A stretch of DNA of 63,707 nucleotides, filler included, from Octopus bimaculoides (GCF_001194135.2; 4 parts of 4 records of this genome joined end to end with filler, not necessarily neighbours in it), one strand, 5' to 3'; shown: positions 25,499-39,660, counted from the whole stretch's first letter. Numbers and translations are program-made. Notes: generated by a model not told the origin, from the sequence alone.

Positions 25499-27535
25499 GG
25501 AGCTTTGAATCTTTGTTAGAAACCAGCTCCTTCTTCTGAGGAAGAATTTAAATGATTAAATGCAAATGGCCACACACATACATTTATAAATAGATAGATT
25601 GTTTGATAGATAAGATAAATAGATAGATAAATCGATAGATGTAAATATACATGTATACTTACTGACAAGCACAACACACGTATGTATTATCACACAAACA
25701 CGAATTGATTATGAGTCTAATAGCAATGTGTTGAAACTTCCAAGTAACTGTCACCATGTACCTTGTAAATATCAATAACTTTGTTCTCTACTAAAATGTA
25801 CTGGGGAGTTTTTTTTTTAGCTTGATGCCAGATTGTCTTTATACATAATTTGAGATAGAAGCAAACATTGGTGTCTAATTCTTCTCCAGTTTTGGTAGTT
25901 GCTGGCTTCCCAACCACTTTTCCTCTTTCACACACCTTTATTTCTTTTAGAGTGGGCACTTTCTAGCATCTAATTCATGTTACATATGCTTGTGATGAGT
26001 TTGTCTTCCATCTTGAGTAACACATAAATCACAATAGATGCATCCTCAGCTAATATTTTACTCTTGTTTATTTACTGCACAGAGACGAGCATCTTCAGTT
26101 TGAAGTGAAAGGACTCAAAGACCCATCACCACACCACCATTGATATTAAATCACTTAAAGCCAACTCTAAGTGAATTAAGACACATTAACTTTCAACACT
26201 CTAATACGGTTCGAACGCATTATCACCTGAATTATGCTATAATATTTCTTTATCACCTTAAGCTCTACTGAAATCAATACGAAACTTGCTTTTCTCCCCT
26301 AATGACGATAGATTGATTAATTAACAGGCATCAACAACCTCAATACTAGTTTGAAATATAATTTACGAAGCCACATCTGAAAGTTAGTTAACAGTTGAAT
26401 AAATGATTTTCTCTTCAGGCAATGTGGAATTGACAATGTCAATTGCTAAATCTCTTTAGTGAGATTAACAAATTCTCCCCATTTTGCCATAATTTGATGT
26501 GAGTGTTGTTAATTCCTTTCACGCTGTCACTTTATTAGCTTCACGTTAATTATTATTGAACATTTGTTAACTTTCTACTTAAAATTAAATTCCAACATTT
26601 TATCAACTTAATAGACTTTTCTTTACGTCCAACAATCTTGAAAACAAGTCTGATGAAATTCTTCACCATTCTGTTACAGGAATTTTACATATTGCTATTC
26701 AATTCACTGGAGCGAATATTTGCTTACACGAACAAATAAGCAAACCTATATACAAACAGGAGAAACTGGAACACACATGCATACACATGCACATTTGCAG
26801 ACACACAAAACATGTGCAATTCATATTACACAATGCATGAAGCGAGATAAAATAACAATAGTGAGGTTCCTCAGTTTTGAATAAGTAAACACCATCGTTT
26901 GCTGTATATATTAATTAATTTTCCTCTCATTTGTACACCTAAGTGCGTATGTATATGCGAGATTGACACATCGCGAACAGGTGAAGATGATTTTAATAAA
27001 TCAAGACTTTAGGTTTGTGTGTTATTCCATATATTTGTACTGATCTATTTTGTTCCAATACATTTCACTGGGCACTCTCGCTTTTCTCTTGACACATTCT
27101 TTGCAAAGGCTCCGAGTGATGTACGACTGATACTTATTATGTTTGCGTGGTCGGATTCCAGAGTTTCATTTTATTTGTTGGTGAGACACGTACGTGTTAA
27201 AACTGTATACTTCCCTTCAAGTGTCCCGCTATTCACTTTTCCCATGGTTTTAAGGAAGAATTTAAGGTTGCATCGAGTTTTTACTTATTTCTACAGTATT
27301 GAAAGTAATTGCATGGGACCTGGATTGGGCATATTCAAACACCTATTTTTTTCTTTTAGTAATAGTTACATTAACTCATGTGAAGGGACAACAATAACGA
27401 TTTATCCTTGTATCACTGCTGAAACTTTTGAGTATAAGAATTGGAAAGAAATACAGTAACATTAAATATCGCTGACAAAGCATATTTTAGTGAATTGCAA
27501 AACGAAGGCAAAGTAAAAACGATGATCCAAATATT

Positions 27536-27749
27536 GGTTTCAATTTTCAGTACAAGGCCAGCAATATCAGAGGAAAACTGAATCGATTATATCGACCCCA
27601 CTGAACAACGGGTACGTTTTTTGTTGGTTCCGAAAGGATGACACGTAAAATCAGCCTGAACGAAATTTCTACTCGGAACGAAAAGATGGACGAAATGCCG
27701 CTAAGAATTTTGCCGGAGTGCTAACGATTCTGCCTGAACGCAGCCCCAA
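27536..27749 (-). mobile_element. tRNA-derived SINE (family C) with 15-bp target-site duplication
   Basis: gatgatccaaatatt occurs at 27521-27535 and 27750-27764, flanking a SINE body. Confidence 0.8.
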
Positions 27750-29601
27750 GATGATCCAAATATTAAAAAAAGACCAAATACGCATTGATATAGCATAACA
27801 GGAGATATGAAATATTATACAGTTACAGTCTGAAAGGCTGAAATTTCTTTAGCAAAACTCTCGTGTTCGGAAATTCCTTGTCTAAAAATCTGTCAAACCA
27901 AGTCAAACAGATTTAAGAAACATGTTGGAATAGCTTACTCCTGGGTTATGTTCACACGTATCGCACTTCTTCGTACTCTGTAGTAGTTTGGTTTCATAAA
28001 TCGATATTTGGAGATTTTTCTTATATTTGGACACGTGAGCCTCGTAGTATATATATATTTTTAATATAGATTTCATGAAAAGAATTCATTTTGTTTTTAT
28101 CTCAGGACGATCATTATGCCAATAATAAACACACGCACTGTTCTGTTTTATTTATCTTATTACTCTTAGTCAAGTACTTAATCATTTAACCAATTTGCTA
28201 ATAGATTTTGTTGGGTCAATCACTTACTCAGATTAGTTTGTCAAAATCCTTCCCTTATTATTCGCCACATTATCAATGACCTGTTTTCTCTACTCTTGCT
28301 CTGCATCAACCTCCTCTGACTGTCGGTTTCTCAGTGTCCAGTTATTTTATTTATATTTATATCGATGCGAGAGAGGGAGAGAAAGAGAAGATCTAGGGAA
28401 TGGGTTTTCAATAGGAATGGACATAGGCGAGTCGATGTAATATCGAATGTAGAAAAGACGTTCGAGAACCCATAGACTTATCTCAGTTGCTCTGCCTTTT
28501 ATTTTAGGAAGGTTCTTGGAACTATGAGCTTTAGACTACATTTCTGTGCAATATATAAAACAGATAACTTGAAATAGTTTTGAGAAATGAAACAAGATTA
28601 TTCATTTCGCTCCCTGGCAACATATTCTTACCGTACGATGCTATATGTGATTCGTAGTATGTTATCGTGACCAATATATTGTATAATAAATTATCGTCTT
28701 TCTCAATATCTCACAGCAGCAATTTTATATACATAAATATCACTATCACCGCTTTCCTAATACGAACAGCATATCTTCCAAATGTAAACGTAATAAGCTA
28801 GTTTTCTTTCCCTTCAGCCTTTTAAGAAGCTCTAGCTATGCTTTCGAGAACAATCTCGCGATTTTTCGAAGTCAACTGGTTATTTTCATCACAATTGACT
28901 GTTACTCAAATTTAAACATAGGTTACAACAGATCTTCAACATACAGCTAGCTTCACAGATATTATCAGCTGCGATCTAATTCGAACCGGTTCTTTTCCGA
29001 CGCCAAATAACAACAGCTTGCATTGAAAAATTTATAGTTTTCAAAATATTATATTTGGTTTCACTTTAATATAACTTTAATTGAATTTTGTATCTGAAAT
29101 TCTAGGTGACCTAACCGTTATCTCCATCAGTAAATTGCATTTCACTTCAGATAGATAAGTAAGACATTTAACCCCGTTAACAACTAATCACTCATAACAG
29201 GAGAAAAAGATTGCAATATAATAAAATAGAAAATTATTATAGAAAATGATGTTTGGTGTAGAGTTGCTATGTAGGGGGAAACAACTGACTGAATGAGTAT
29301 ATTGTTGACTTCTAGATGAAAGTGCTGCGGCTTCTTGTCTTGTCATCTATGCAAAAAACATTCTTGTGTCTCTGGTCATTAGAAATATTGAAGACGCACA
29401 TTGTATATATGTATGTATGTATGTTTGTATGTATGTATGTATGTATGTATGTATATATGTATCTATGCATATATGCATGCATTTACGTATGTAGGTATGT
29501 ATGCATATATATAATGTGTTTAGTATATATATGTGTGTGCATATATATATGTACATTTATATGTAAACGTGTGTGTAGGCTTGTGCTTGTACCTACCTAC
29601 A

Positions 29602-29661
<60 letters not shown>

Positions 29662-29739
29662 CATGCATACATACGTATATAGGTATGCACACATATACAT
29701 ATACACTTACACATATATGTCACCAACAAGCTTCTACAT

Positions 29740-29835
29740 AATTCAATCTGCCATCTTCTCTCAAAAGAGTTCCCTATATCGCTAAGACATGAAGTAAGAA
29801 ATCTATGACCTGAAGGTCAACAATCTAGAGAATCG
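29740..29835 (+). other. Candidate non-coding first exon
   Basis: A perfect donor CG|GTAAGT lies at 29836 in a CpG-retaining region. The 5' boundary is a guess. Confidence 0.25.
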
Positions 29836-30179
29836 GTAAGTTGTAATTTCACCAAAATTGTAAAACTATATTAAACGACGTTTTGCCACTTTCGGTTGTA
29901 TTTTGCTCAGATTGTTCTCAATGAAGGTTAAATCTTGGACTTCATCAGTAATGAAATATATGATGAACTAGAAACGATGGGAGTTCAAGAAAATTCGATA
30001 CAAAATTTAATTACTATTTTACAGTGAAAGAAAATATATTTTGGAAGCGTTAGGTTATGAACCGGATAATGTTATTTATTGGAGTCCGTAAGAAGATCAG
30101 CCATTTCGAATAAGATACTTTCGAATATCTGATATACTCGGGTTTTCTGGATTATGTGGCGGGACCTATGTCTGAAGTG

Positions 30180-30250
30180 GGTTCTCTGTACGCATAGGAC
30201 TCGAACCCACACCTCTTATGTTCGCTAAAAGTGTGCTAACATTACACCAA
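30180..30250 (-). mobile_element. tRNA-like SINE head / tRNA pseudogene
   Basis: The minus strand reads ggtgtaatgttagcacac...ggttcgagtcc (A and B boxes). No intact cloverleaf is evident. Confidence 0.5.
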
Positions 30251-30737
30251 ATTATCCACCGAGTTCTTACTGTCAGATTTAAGAACTATAATTTTATAGT
30301 GTTGTTTTTTTAGGCATAAAAGTTTTCTACGATCAATTGAACAGTAGTGCCGACTGACCATTCTGTAAATAATAATATTTTACAAGCTTAGAGATTATAA
30401 GTGATCAACGAGTATTGGCTAAAGATAATAGTCTAATATTGGGACATATACACCTTCGAAGGGAAACACTGAACTCACTTTATTTCCGTTGTGGGCTTAT
30501 ATTCCCCAATATTAGACTCTACCAACATCTTATCAACATCCTACTACTGCCATAACACGCCCATCTTTTTATGCTTCTTTCTCTTATTTCCTTTTCTTGT
30601 ACTTGTTCTTGGTCTTGTTGTTGTTGTTGGTGTTGTTGTTGTTGTTTTTCTTCTTCTTCTTCTTCTTCTTCTTCATGTAAGTATGTATATACATACATAC
30701 AAATATATCTATCTATCTATCTATCTATCTATATATA

Positions 30738-30837
30738 NNNNNNNNNNNNNNNNNNNNNNNNNNNNNNNNNNNNNNNNNNNNTTAATTAATTAANNNNNNN
30801 NNNNNNNNNNNNNNNNNNNNNNNNNNNNNNNNNNNNN
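30738..30837. other. Artificial scaffold linker N44-TTAATTAATTAA-N44
   Basis: Exactly 100 bp, with an identical construct at 60491-60590 and 61730-61829. The 12-mer has stops in all six frames. Confidence 0.95.
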
Positions 30838-31150
30838 TGGGCAAGTGTCTTCTACTATAGCCTCAGGCCAACCAAAGCCTTGTGAGTGGATTTGATAGAT
30901 GGAAACTGAAAGAAGCCCGTTGCGTATATGTATATATATGTGTGTGTGTGTTTGTGTGTCTGTGTTTGTCCCCCCAAAGTTGCTTGACAACCGATGCTGG
31001 TATGTTTACGTCCCCGTAACTTAGCGGTTCGGCAAAAAAGAGACCGATAGAATAAGTACTAGGCTTACAAAGAATAAGTCCTGGGGTCGATTTGCTCGAC
31101 TAGAGGCGGTGCTCCAGCATGGCCGCATTCAAATGACTGAAACAAATAAA
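30838..31150 (+). mobile_element. SINE family A, young copy
   Basis: Full 3' half with CpGs retained (ccccgtaacttagcggttcggc). Confidence 0.9.
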
Positions 31151-31379
31151 AGAATAAAAGAATAACACTGAATTAGACATTTTACAAACTGATCAGTCCT
31201 GTGCATATTTTTTTCTAACTTAGGTTTGAGTTTGTAAAGTATCGAACGAAATTTAATCTTAGAATCTGTGTGTGTGTGTGTGCATGTATGTATGAGTATG
31301 TATGTGTGTATGAGTGTGTAGATGTGCATGTGTGTGTGATTGGTCACAACCATACATTTCTGGGTTTTGTCCCGCTGTA

Positions 31380-31799
31380 TGACACTTTAAGTATGGTTAA
31401 GAAGCTTGCTTTGCAATCAAATGGTTGTAGGTTCAGTTCCACAGTACAGCACCTAGACAAGTATCTTCTACTAAGTCCTGGATCAATCTATACCTTGTGA
31501 ATGAATTTGGCTGGTGGAAACTGTATAGAAGCCTGTTGTATATAATATGTGCATATATGAATATGTTTGTTCCCCACCTCTCATTGCTTGACAACAGGCG
31601 TTGGTTTCTCTTTTCTGATCTGTTTCAGTCATTAGACTGTGGCCATGCTGGGGCACTACCTTGAAGAACTTTTAGTCGAATGAATCAACCCCGTTACTTA
31701 TTTTTTTTTAAGCTCAGTACTTATTTTATCAGTCACTTTTTGCTGAACTGCTAGGCTATAGGGACGTAAGCAAACCAATACCTGTTGTCAAGCAGTGGT

Positions 31800-31858
<59 letters not shown>

Positions 31859-32020
31859 TATGATGGTCTTCTTTCAGTCTTTGTTTACCAAATCCACTCA
31901 CAAGGTTTTGGTTGGCCCAAGGCTATAGTAGAACATACTTGCCCAAGGTGCCATGTAGAGGGACTGAACCCAGAACTATGTGGTTAGGAAGCAAACTTGT
32001 TACCACACAGCCATGCCTGT
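31380..32020. mobile_element. Two adjacent family A SINEs in opposite orientation (+ then -)
   Basis: + copy ~31380-31620 and - copy ~31620-32020, both CpG-decayed. Confidence 0.8.
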
Positions 32021-33229
32021 GCACCTGTACCTTTCATTGAGTGGGGCTACAGAATAGAGGTAGATGCTGTGTCGCTTGTTTGGGATGAAATGTTAGTTAA
32101 CACCAAGGAGCTATATATCTATGCTACAGCACCTCTCTAACAAAATCAAGATGAAACTTTCTGAACAGAACCAATTAATACATTTTGCAGAAATAGTATC
32201 TTTCTGAAAGGTGAGTCCATTTTCTGCTGCATCAGTGGTTCTCAACCAGGGTCCACATGACCCTTGGGAATCCACATAAGATTTCGTTGTTAAAGTTTAT
32301 TTAGAAGGAATTGTGATCTAGAACGTCGGGGTTACAATTTTAGCTGCTAGTGGTGTGTGTTATACATTGGGGTCACCCTTTTAGATGGTGGTGCGTGTGC
32401 TGTGCCAGGGGTCACCATTTTAATTGGTGCCATTCTCACTGTGAAGCCATCTAATGATGACTCTGTTCAGAAGGTTGTAATATGTCATTCGATAAAGAAA
32501 CACGGTACAATGAATTCATAGAACAAAGCTGTAACTTTAAATACCTTTACTCTTGGTCTCAAATACATACAAGTTGAATGATAATGGAAAGAGTTCATGA
32601 GTGAAGGACCATGTTCATCTTCTGTGTACTGCCTCATGTCTGCTGGCTGTTTGCATGTATACGAGAGCCAGCTAGGTCATGTCTTCATGGTCTGGCGTCT
32701 TGATGAGAAAGTGAAACTGCGAGGGCTTGGTGTCTGAACCTTAACACTGTGTGTGTCCTCTAGTGGCCAGCTAATTTAGGCAGCCACCATCAGGGGAGTC
32801 AATTGTGCCTACATTTATGTGCAATAAGTTGCTTCAAGTTCTACTGTGTGATGGCATGTGGCTTCATGGTTCGGGTATTTGGCTAACAGTCATAAGGTCT
32901 TGAGTTTGACACCCAGTAGCACATTGTGTCCTTGGGCAAGACACTTTATTTAACATTGCTCCAGTCCACTTTATTTAACAATTCTCTAGTCCACTCAGCT
33001 GGCAAAAATGAATAGTACCTGTATTTCAAAGGGCCAGCCTTGTCACGTTCTGTGTCATGCTGAATCTCCCTGTGTGTCTGGGGTGTGCTCAGCCACTTGT
33101 ACATTAATTTCCCAAGCAGGCTGTTCTGCTGATCGGACCAACTGGAACACTGTGACAGTTACTTCAACAATACACAAAATATTGTAACAATTTTTTTTTT
33201 ATATAATTCCTAATAATATTTAGGCTCAA

Positions 33230-33449
33230 CCTTGTAACCCTCTCCAGCTGAGTATCCCTAACCTTGTGGGCTTGTAAGTGCTGGTACCATGTAGAAAGCA
33301 CCCATGCCAGTGCTGTGTAAAGTGGTTAGGAAGGGGATCCAGCCATAGAAACCATGCCAAAACAGACATGGAATCTGAACTGCCCTTCAGCTTGTCAGCT
33401 CCTGTCAAACCGTTCAACCCATGCCAGCATGGAAAATGGACATTAAACA

Positions 33450-33499
<50 letters not shown>

Positions 33500-33515
33500 A
33501 ATGATGATGATGAGT
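33230..33515 (+). mobile_element. RTE LINE 3'-UTR fragment with (GAT)n tail (family B)
   Basis: catccagccatagaaaccatgcc...catgccagcatggaaaatggacattaaacaa(tga)n. Related copies lie at 33950-34190, 36170-36380 and 48340-48565. Confidence 0.8.
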
Positions 33516-34802
33516 AAGATTTTAAACATTGAATAGCTATGAGGGTCCAAATAAGTAAAAAAGGAATCAAAGGGTGTCTGTTGGTAAGAAATGGTTGAGA
33601 ATTGCTGTTTTACATAAAGCGACAATTTTGGTCATCCTCCATCCTTATCAATCATCCCCTACATTCACCTTTCAACCCTAACCCCAAACTCCATTTCCCT
33701 CTCCCATTCCCCACCTCTCTTGCAAATTCCCTCCTCACACTCCTCTGTTGCCACTCACTTTTATTCACCTTGTATCTTGAGAGGCCACCTGCACATCTCA
33801 TTGTCACTGCTTACCCCTCACAGAACATTCACACTCTCTCTTCTAAATGTGAGTAGCCATGTAGCTCTTCTATAACAAAGAAATTGCTCTGCTCCCACCT
33901 CTCTCATACTTCAACCCTCATCTCCTTGTGTAGAGTCTACCCCCACCATTCAGGTTTTGTAGTCTTGCAAACTACATGGTGACCTCACTAGTGCTGGTGC
34001 CATGAAAAAAAGCACCCAGTACACTCTGTAAAGTGGGTGGCTTTAGCAAGGGCATCCAGCTGTAGAAAGCGTACCAAAGCAGACTCTGGAATACAATGCA
34101 GTCCTCAAACTAATCAGATCTTGTGAAAGCATCTAACCCATGCCAGCATGATACTTGGATATTAAATAACAGTGATGATGATGAGACTGCTGCTGCCGCC
34201 ACCACCGTCATTACCACCTCTGTTGCTACTGCTGCCTCCACTGTTGCTGCCTTTGCTGGTGCTGTTCCATCTGCTTCAGCTGCCTCTGCTGCCATCGCTG
34301 AGTTCTACAACAATGACGACAATAATGATGATGACTATCACAATGATAATGTTCTGTAAATTTATAAAATATTGATTTCAAATTTTGGCAGACGCCAGTG
34401 GGTTGTGAGGGTGGGAGGGTTGCTAGTCGATTACCTCAATCTCAGTGTTCAACTGGTTCATGTTTTATCAGCCCCAAAAAGAATGAAAGGCAAAGTTGAC
34501 CTTGGTGGAATTTGAACTCAGAATGCAAGGATAAATGAACTGTTGCTAAGCATTTTTTCCAGCATGTTAATGATTCTGTCTTCTCACCACCTTAAATATA
34601 TAAAAGTATTGATTAATTTGCAGTATCACAAATACCAAACAAATATGAAATAATATTTTATCATCTAATTAATTGTCTTAATACGTAATGTAAATGAACT
34701 TTTATTGTATTTCAAAATGGTCATTTTTTTCTTTGCATTATAAAGACACACACTATATATTATTACAGTTCTTATTTTAACTCATGTCCATTATCCAGAA
34801 AT

Positions 34803-34836
34803 CTTTTGTCACGCATTTGTGACCTCTTCAGCAACA
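34803..34836 (-). ncRNA. Degenerate hammerhead remnant
   Basis: CTGAAGA-g-gtcac(aaatgc)gtgac keeps a perfect stem II, but the GAAA core has decayed to aaaa. Confidence 0.35.
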
Positions 34837-35454
34837 CCTTCTATCCTTGTGTGTGCTCCTGTTCCATTTAGTCCATCTTATTCTTCTATGATGTGCATCC
34901 TTGTATGCACATGCGTCTGTAATAAATGAGTGAAGAACGAATATATAGTGTGTGTGTTTATTTGACAACAACAACCATCCTGAAATATAACAATATCTGT
35001 TTCAACACACAATTTCACATCAAGAATCTTGCAACACAAATTCATAAACGTAAATTAATTTGTTACCTGAAAATATCAGGTAGATAACTGTTTTACATTT
35101 CTCCTTTATATCAAAACATGTTTTGAAAGAATACTAAATTTGATCTTTGTATTCAGACTTTCAACCTGCACTGTACACATGCATATGTGTGCACGCACAC
35201 ACACACACACACACACAGAGAAAAACACACACACATGCAAACATATACGTTTCCTTTCTTTGTTTTTGTCTCTTAACCGAGTCACCCTCCTTGGCCAACC
35301 TATAAACTTGTTTATCTAATCATTTAACCTCATTAATCAGATTTTTGTTCTCCAAACAATAAAAACTTCCTTTTATTCAAAATCTTAACAACATGTTGTT
35401 CATCACTTTAGCGTTCACTTCTACTAATAACCATTTCCTCTTATTTCCTATATT

Positions 35455-35790
35455 GGGTTGCACCTTCGGTAAGTGTCTTCAACTATAGCTTCAGGCCAAC
35501 CAAAGATTTGCAAGTGGATTTGGTAGACAGAAACTGAAAGAAGCCCATCATATATATGTTTATGTGTGTGTGTGTGTGTGTTTGTCTCCCATCCACTACT
35601 TGATAACTGGTGTTTGTGTGTTTACATCCCCTTAACTTAGCAGTTTGGCAACAAAACAGACCAATGGAATAAATATCAGGCTTTAAAATGTAAGTTGTGT
35701 GGTCGATACATTTGACTCAAAATTCTTCAAGGCAGTGCTCCAGCATGGCCACAGTCTAATGACTGAAACAAGTAAAAGAAGAAAAGGAAA
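35455..35790 (+). mobile_element. SINE family A, CpG-decayed
   Basis: Diagnostic blocks present. Confidence 0.85.
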
Positions 35791-36489
35791 AGAAACATGA
35801 GACAGAAAGCTATACATGCCTGGTCCCTTCTATAAACTGATATCCATTGGCCCCCACCCAGGTTCACCATTCACTGCATTCATCTCAATCCCTGTCTCTA
35901 TCGGTCACTCTCCTTTCATGCTCTCACACCCTTATCTCTCCATGTATCCTGCCTGATTCTTTGTTCCTCTTGTCTCTTATAATTCTCTTCTTGTGCCTTG
36001 AAGATATGCTCTGGCATCTCGTCTCACCCATCCTTTTTCTTCTTCCCTGCTGAGAAAACCATATGCCTTCTCTGCAGTAAGATATCTATTCTTGTCCCTT
36101 TATGTCCCTTGGCACAAAGCCACCCCATCTCAATACTACGCACCCACTTAGTTAAGGGTCTTGTCTTGCAAATTACTTGGTGAATTTCATGAAAAAAAAA
36201 GAACATCCAGAACTCTGTAAAGTGGTTGGCATTAGAAAGGACATCCAGCCATAGAAGAAATCATGTCAAAGCAATCCTTGAAGCTTGATGCCACCTTGTG
36301 GCACATTGAATGCAGTCAAAGTATGCAATCTGTGCCAACATGGAAGACAGATGCTAAATGATGTTAAATAATGTTGATAGTGATGGTTGGACAAAGCTTA
36401 AAGTCCCAGTCAAAATGGACTTCCTTATAAATTTGATTCTGTTTTAAGGGATGAGTTTACCCATTTTTTTTTTTTTATCTTTCATCTTT

Positions 36490-36870
36490 TATCTTTTACT
36501 TGTTTCAGTCATTAAACTGTGGCCCTGCTGGGGCACCACCTTGAAGAATCTTTAGTTGAATTAATTGACGCCTTTATTTTTCTTTCTAAGCCTGGTACTC
36601 ATTCTATCAGTCTCTTTTTGCTGATCTGCTCAGTTACAGGGATGCAAACACACCAACATCAGTTGTCAAGTGGTGATTAGGACAAACACAGACACAAAGA
36701 GACACAGGCACACATACATATATGATGGGCTTCTTTCAGTTTCCATGTACCAAATTCACTCACAAGGCTTTGATCAACCTGAGGCTACAGTGGAAAACAC
36801 TTGCCCAGGGTGGTGTCACCCAGGACCCTGTGGTGGGGAAGCAACCTTCTTACCCCACAGCCAAGCCACA
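36490..36870 (-). mobile_element. SINE family A, CpG-decayed
   Basis: Diagnostic blocks present. Confidence 0.85.
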
Positions 36871-36988
36871 TCTTTGCTTTAAATCAATGGCTTCAAATTT
36901 TGACAAACAGCCACCAATTTTAGGAGGAGGGGATCAGTCAATAATATCAACTCCTGTACTAATCCCACCATCATCTGGTCAAGCTTAC

Positions 36989-37085
36989 CTGGATACATAG
37001 AATGTCTTCTGATTGCTAATTTCTCGTCTATGGTCACAGGTCTCATAAATGGTTGCAGTGCCAATCAAACTGACTGGTCTCTCAG
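36989..37085 (-). CDS. Candidate exon (SERPVSLIGTATIYETCDHRREISNQKTFYVS)
   Basis: Strong donor CAG|GTAAGC. The acceptor is uncertain and no homolog was recognised. Confidence 0.25.
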
Positions 37086-37970
37086 ACTAAGTTTTATAAA
37101 ATGTAATTCCTATATTTCTGAAATGAAGAATTTGTATTATGTACACATAAAACATCAATGTAGGTTTATAAGCCTTAAAAACTCACTCAGTCACTGCTTA
37201 TAGGCATCGTGTAGTGGATAAAGGCATTTGTTAATGCAGTACTATCACCTAGAGGTTCTAAGTTCAATCTCAGGTGAATCAATAAGCTTTGGTAGCAGCA
37301 GTCTCATAGGAATTTACTAAGAATTTCTTTTCTTCTTATTATTATAAAGGCAAAGAGCTTGTAGAACAGTTAAACTGGACAAAATACTTAGCAGCATTTC
37401 ATGTCTTTGTGTTCTGAGTTCCAGTTCTGCTGAAATTGACTTTGTCTTCCATCTTTTTGGGGTTGATAAAATAAATGTAGTGCTGGGGTCAATGCATTTG
37501 ACTATCCTCCTCCTGCAAAATTTCAGGTTTTGTACCCATAGTAGAAAGGATTGTTATTCTTATTTTTGCAGCTTGTCTGTTTGACTGAGCTGCAGTTCTG
37601 GATTGAGTGTAGACTGAGGCAGGGCGCCTAGCACCTAGAGTGTCACCAGGCACTCACAATCCTCTATCAGGCTGGAGTGTACACAGCCAAAACATAGTGA
37701 AAGCAACAATCAAAATGAGGTCACCAGTTTGACTAATGCTTTCCAATGTTAGTGGTATTTCTACTCTTTTCAGGGCTTCAGGATTTCATTGTGATCCCGG
37801 CAGGGTTGTCTATGGGTGCCATGCCTAGCCAAAGGACAACTCATGGTTTTGTCCAGGACTGATTATTGAGTGTTCACAGTTACTCTTTATATCTACATGT
37901 GGTTGCTCGGTAAGAAATTGCCGAACCCTCTAACAACGGGAGACTCCATCATATATACACACGCATGCGT

Positions 37971-38070
<100 letters not shown>

Positions 38071-38869
38071 GCACACACACACACACGCAACACAGATACA
38101 TGCATACATATTTACACACATGCAGTACAGTTAGAAATCCTTATTTATCACAAATAATTTGTTTGCCAGGAACAGCAACGTAAGGATTGTCTGGTTCCCA
38201 GTTGGAGTTCAAAGTGGCTGATATTTATCGGATTCCAAAGTCAAGTACTGACATAACAAGGGAGATATTTCAGTCTGTAAGCAAATGGTTTGAGTGAGAT
38301 AAGGAGCTGGGATGAATCTATGGTGTGTAACTTGAAGATAATCCTCACAGCAAGGAAGTAGCTTTTTTATTTATTAATGGGTTCTAAATATTTTTAACAA
38401 AAAGGTCTTATCATTTTTAATATTAGCAAGTTGTCACATTGCTGAATACTGGGTGTTTGGACTCTTGTGTTGAATATTTGGATTTTTAGTAAATGAATTC
38501 TGTAAAGTTTTTCTCCCAATATTTTTATTTAGTTGCAGTTCTAAATTTGTAAATTTGTAAATAGTATTTTTCTTGCTCCTCTTTTGGTCAGAATTCAAAA
38601 GATGACCACCACCACTGCCACTGCCGCTGCCACTGCCACTGCCGCTGCCACTGCCACCACCACCACCACCAATTTTTAGTTAGCCCTTGTTTCATAGTAA
38701 CATAAAGCTTTTCTTTCATAAGTAATATAAAGCTTTCCTGAGTAATATAAAGCCTTTTGGAGTAATACAAAGCTTTCCTTTCATAAATTCCAAGTTACAG
38801 TAATCCCTTGACTATCATGGGTTTTATGTTCCAAAAACCCCCACAAAATAGATACAGTACTGTATATCA

Positions 38870-39310
38870 TCATCATCATCATCATTATTGTTCAACATCC
38901 TCTTTCCATGTTGGTATGGGTTGAACGGTTTGACTGAGGACTGGCAAGCCAGAAGGCTGCACCAGGCTCCAATCTGATCTGGCAGAGTTTCTACAGCTGG
39001 ATGCCATTCCTAACGCCAACCACTCCAAGAGTGTAGTGGGTGCTTTTACGTGCCACTGGCATGAGGGCCAGTCACACGGTACTGACAATGGCCATGCTCA
39101 AAATGGTGTTTTTTACGTGCCACCTGTACAGGAGCCAGTCAAGCGGCACTGGCAACGACCTCGCTCGAATGATTTTCTAACGTGCCACCAGCACAAGTGC
39201 CAGGAAGGCGACGCTGGTAACGATTACGCTCAAATGGTGCTATTTACAGGCCACTAGCACGGAAGCCAGACAGCTGCTCTGGCAATGAAAACGCTCGAAC
39301 AGTGTTGTTA
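38870..39310 (-). mobile_element. RTE 3'-UTR fragment (family B) with internal tandem gtgcttttacgtgccac subrepeats
   Basis: Reverse-complement match to 50510-51130 and 53460-54050. Confidence 0.85.
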
Positions 39311-39379
39311 GTGCTATTTTTATTATAATTTGTATATATTTTTTCTTATTATTTTTGTAATTTGTATATATTTATTTTA

Positions 39380-39660
39380 TCATTTTTCTATATTTAAGCT
39401 TTTATAAACTCTCCCCACACTCTTAGGAGAACGTGTGTCTTTCTCTTTTTTTGCGCACGTGGAACATAGTGACGGGTAGTTACTGGCACTACCTTTCCTT
39501 CTGTGGAGGGAAGAAAGCCTTAGAGGGTTCAGAATGTTTGGGCGAGATTGTAGGATTTGAAATAAATTCACATTTTTACACACAAATGCAAAACAACACC
39601 ACACACTCACCTCCCGAGTTTCATTTTCCATCCAGTATGTGTGACTCTTTGTTTACTCAT
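39380..39660 (-). CDS. Candidate two terminal exons (39611-39660 and 39380-39500) of an unidentified minus-strand transcript
   Basis: The donor GAG|GTGAGT and the acceptor gctttcttccctccacAG bound a 110-nt intron with matching phase 2. The product is MSKQRVTHTGWKMKLGRRKGSASNYPSLCSTCAKKEKDTRSPKSVGRVYKSLNIEK*, and AATAAA follows downstream. Confidence 0.35.

Noticed and set aside
27019-27459. 146-aa ORF with FTGHS (tyrosine-recombinase-like)
   Set aside because: Only a 5-residue echo, with no other catalytic motifs and no splice support.
32130-32210. Exon candidate with an in-frame TGA (possible selenocysteine)
   Set aside because: The frame is ambiguous, there is no recognisable selenoprotein motif or SECIS, and a UTR exon or chance match is simpler.
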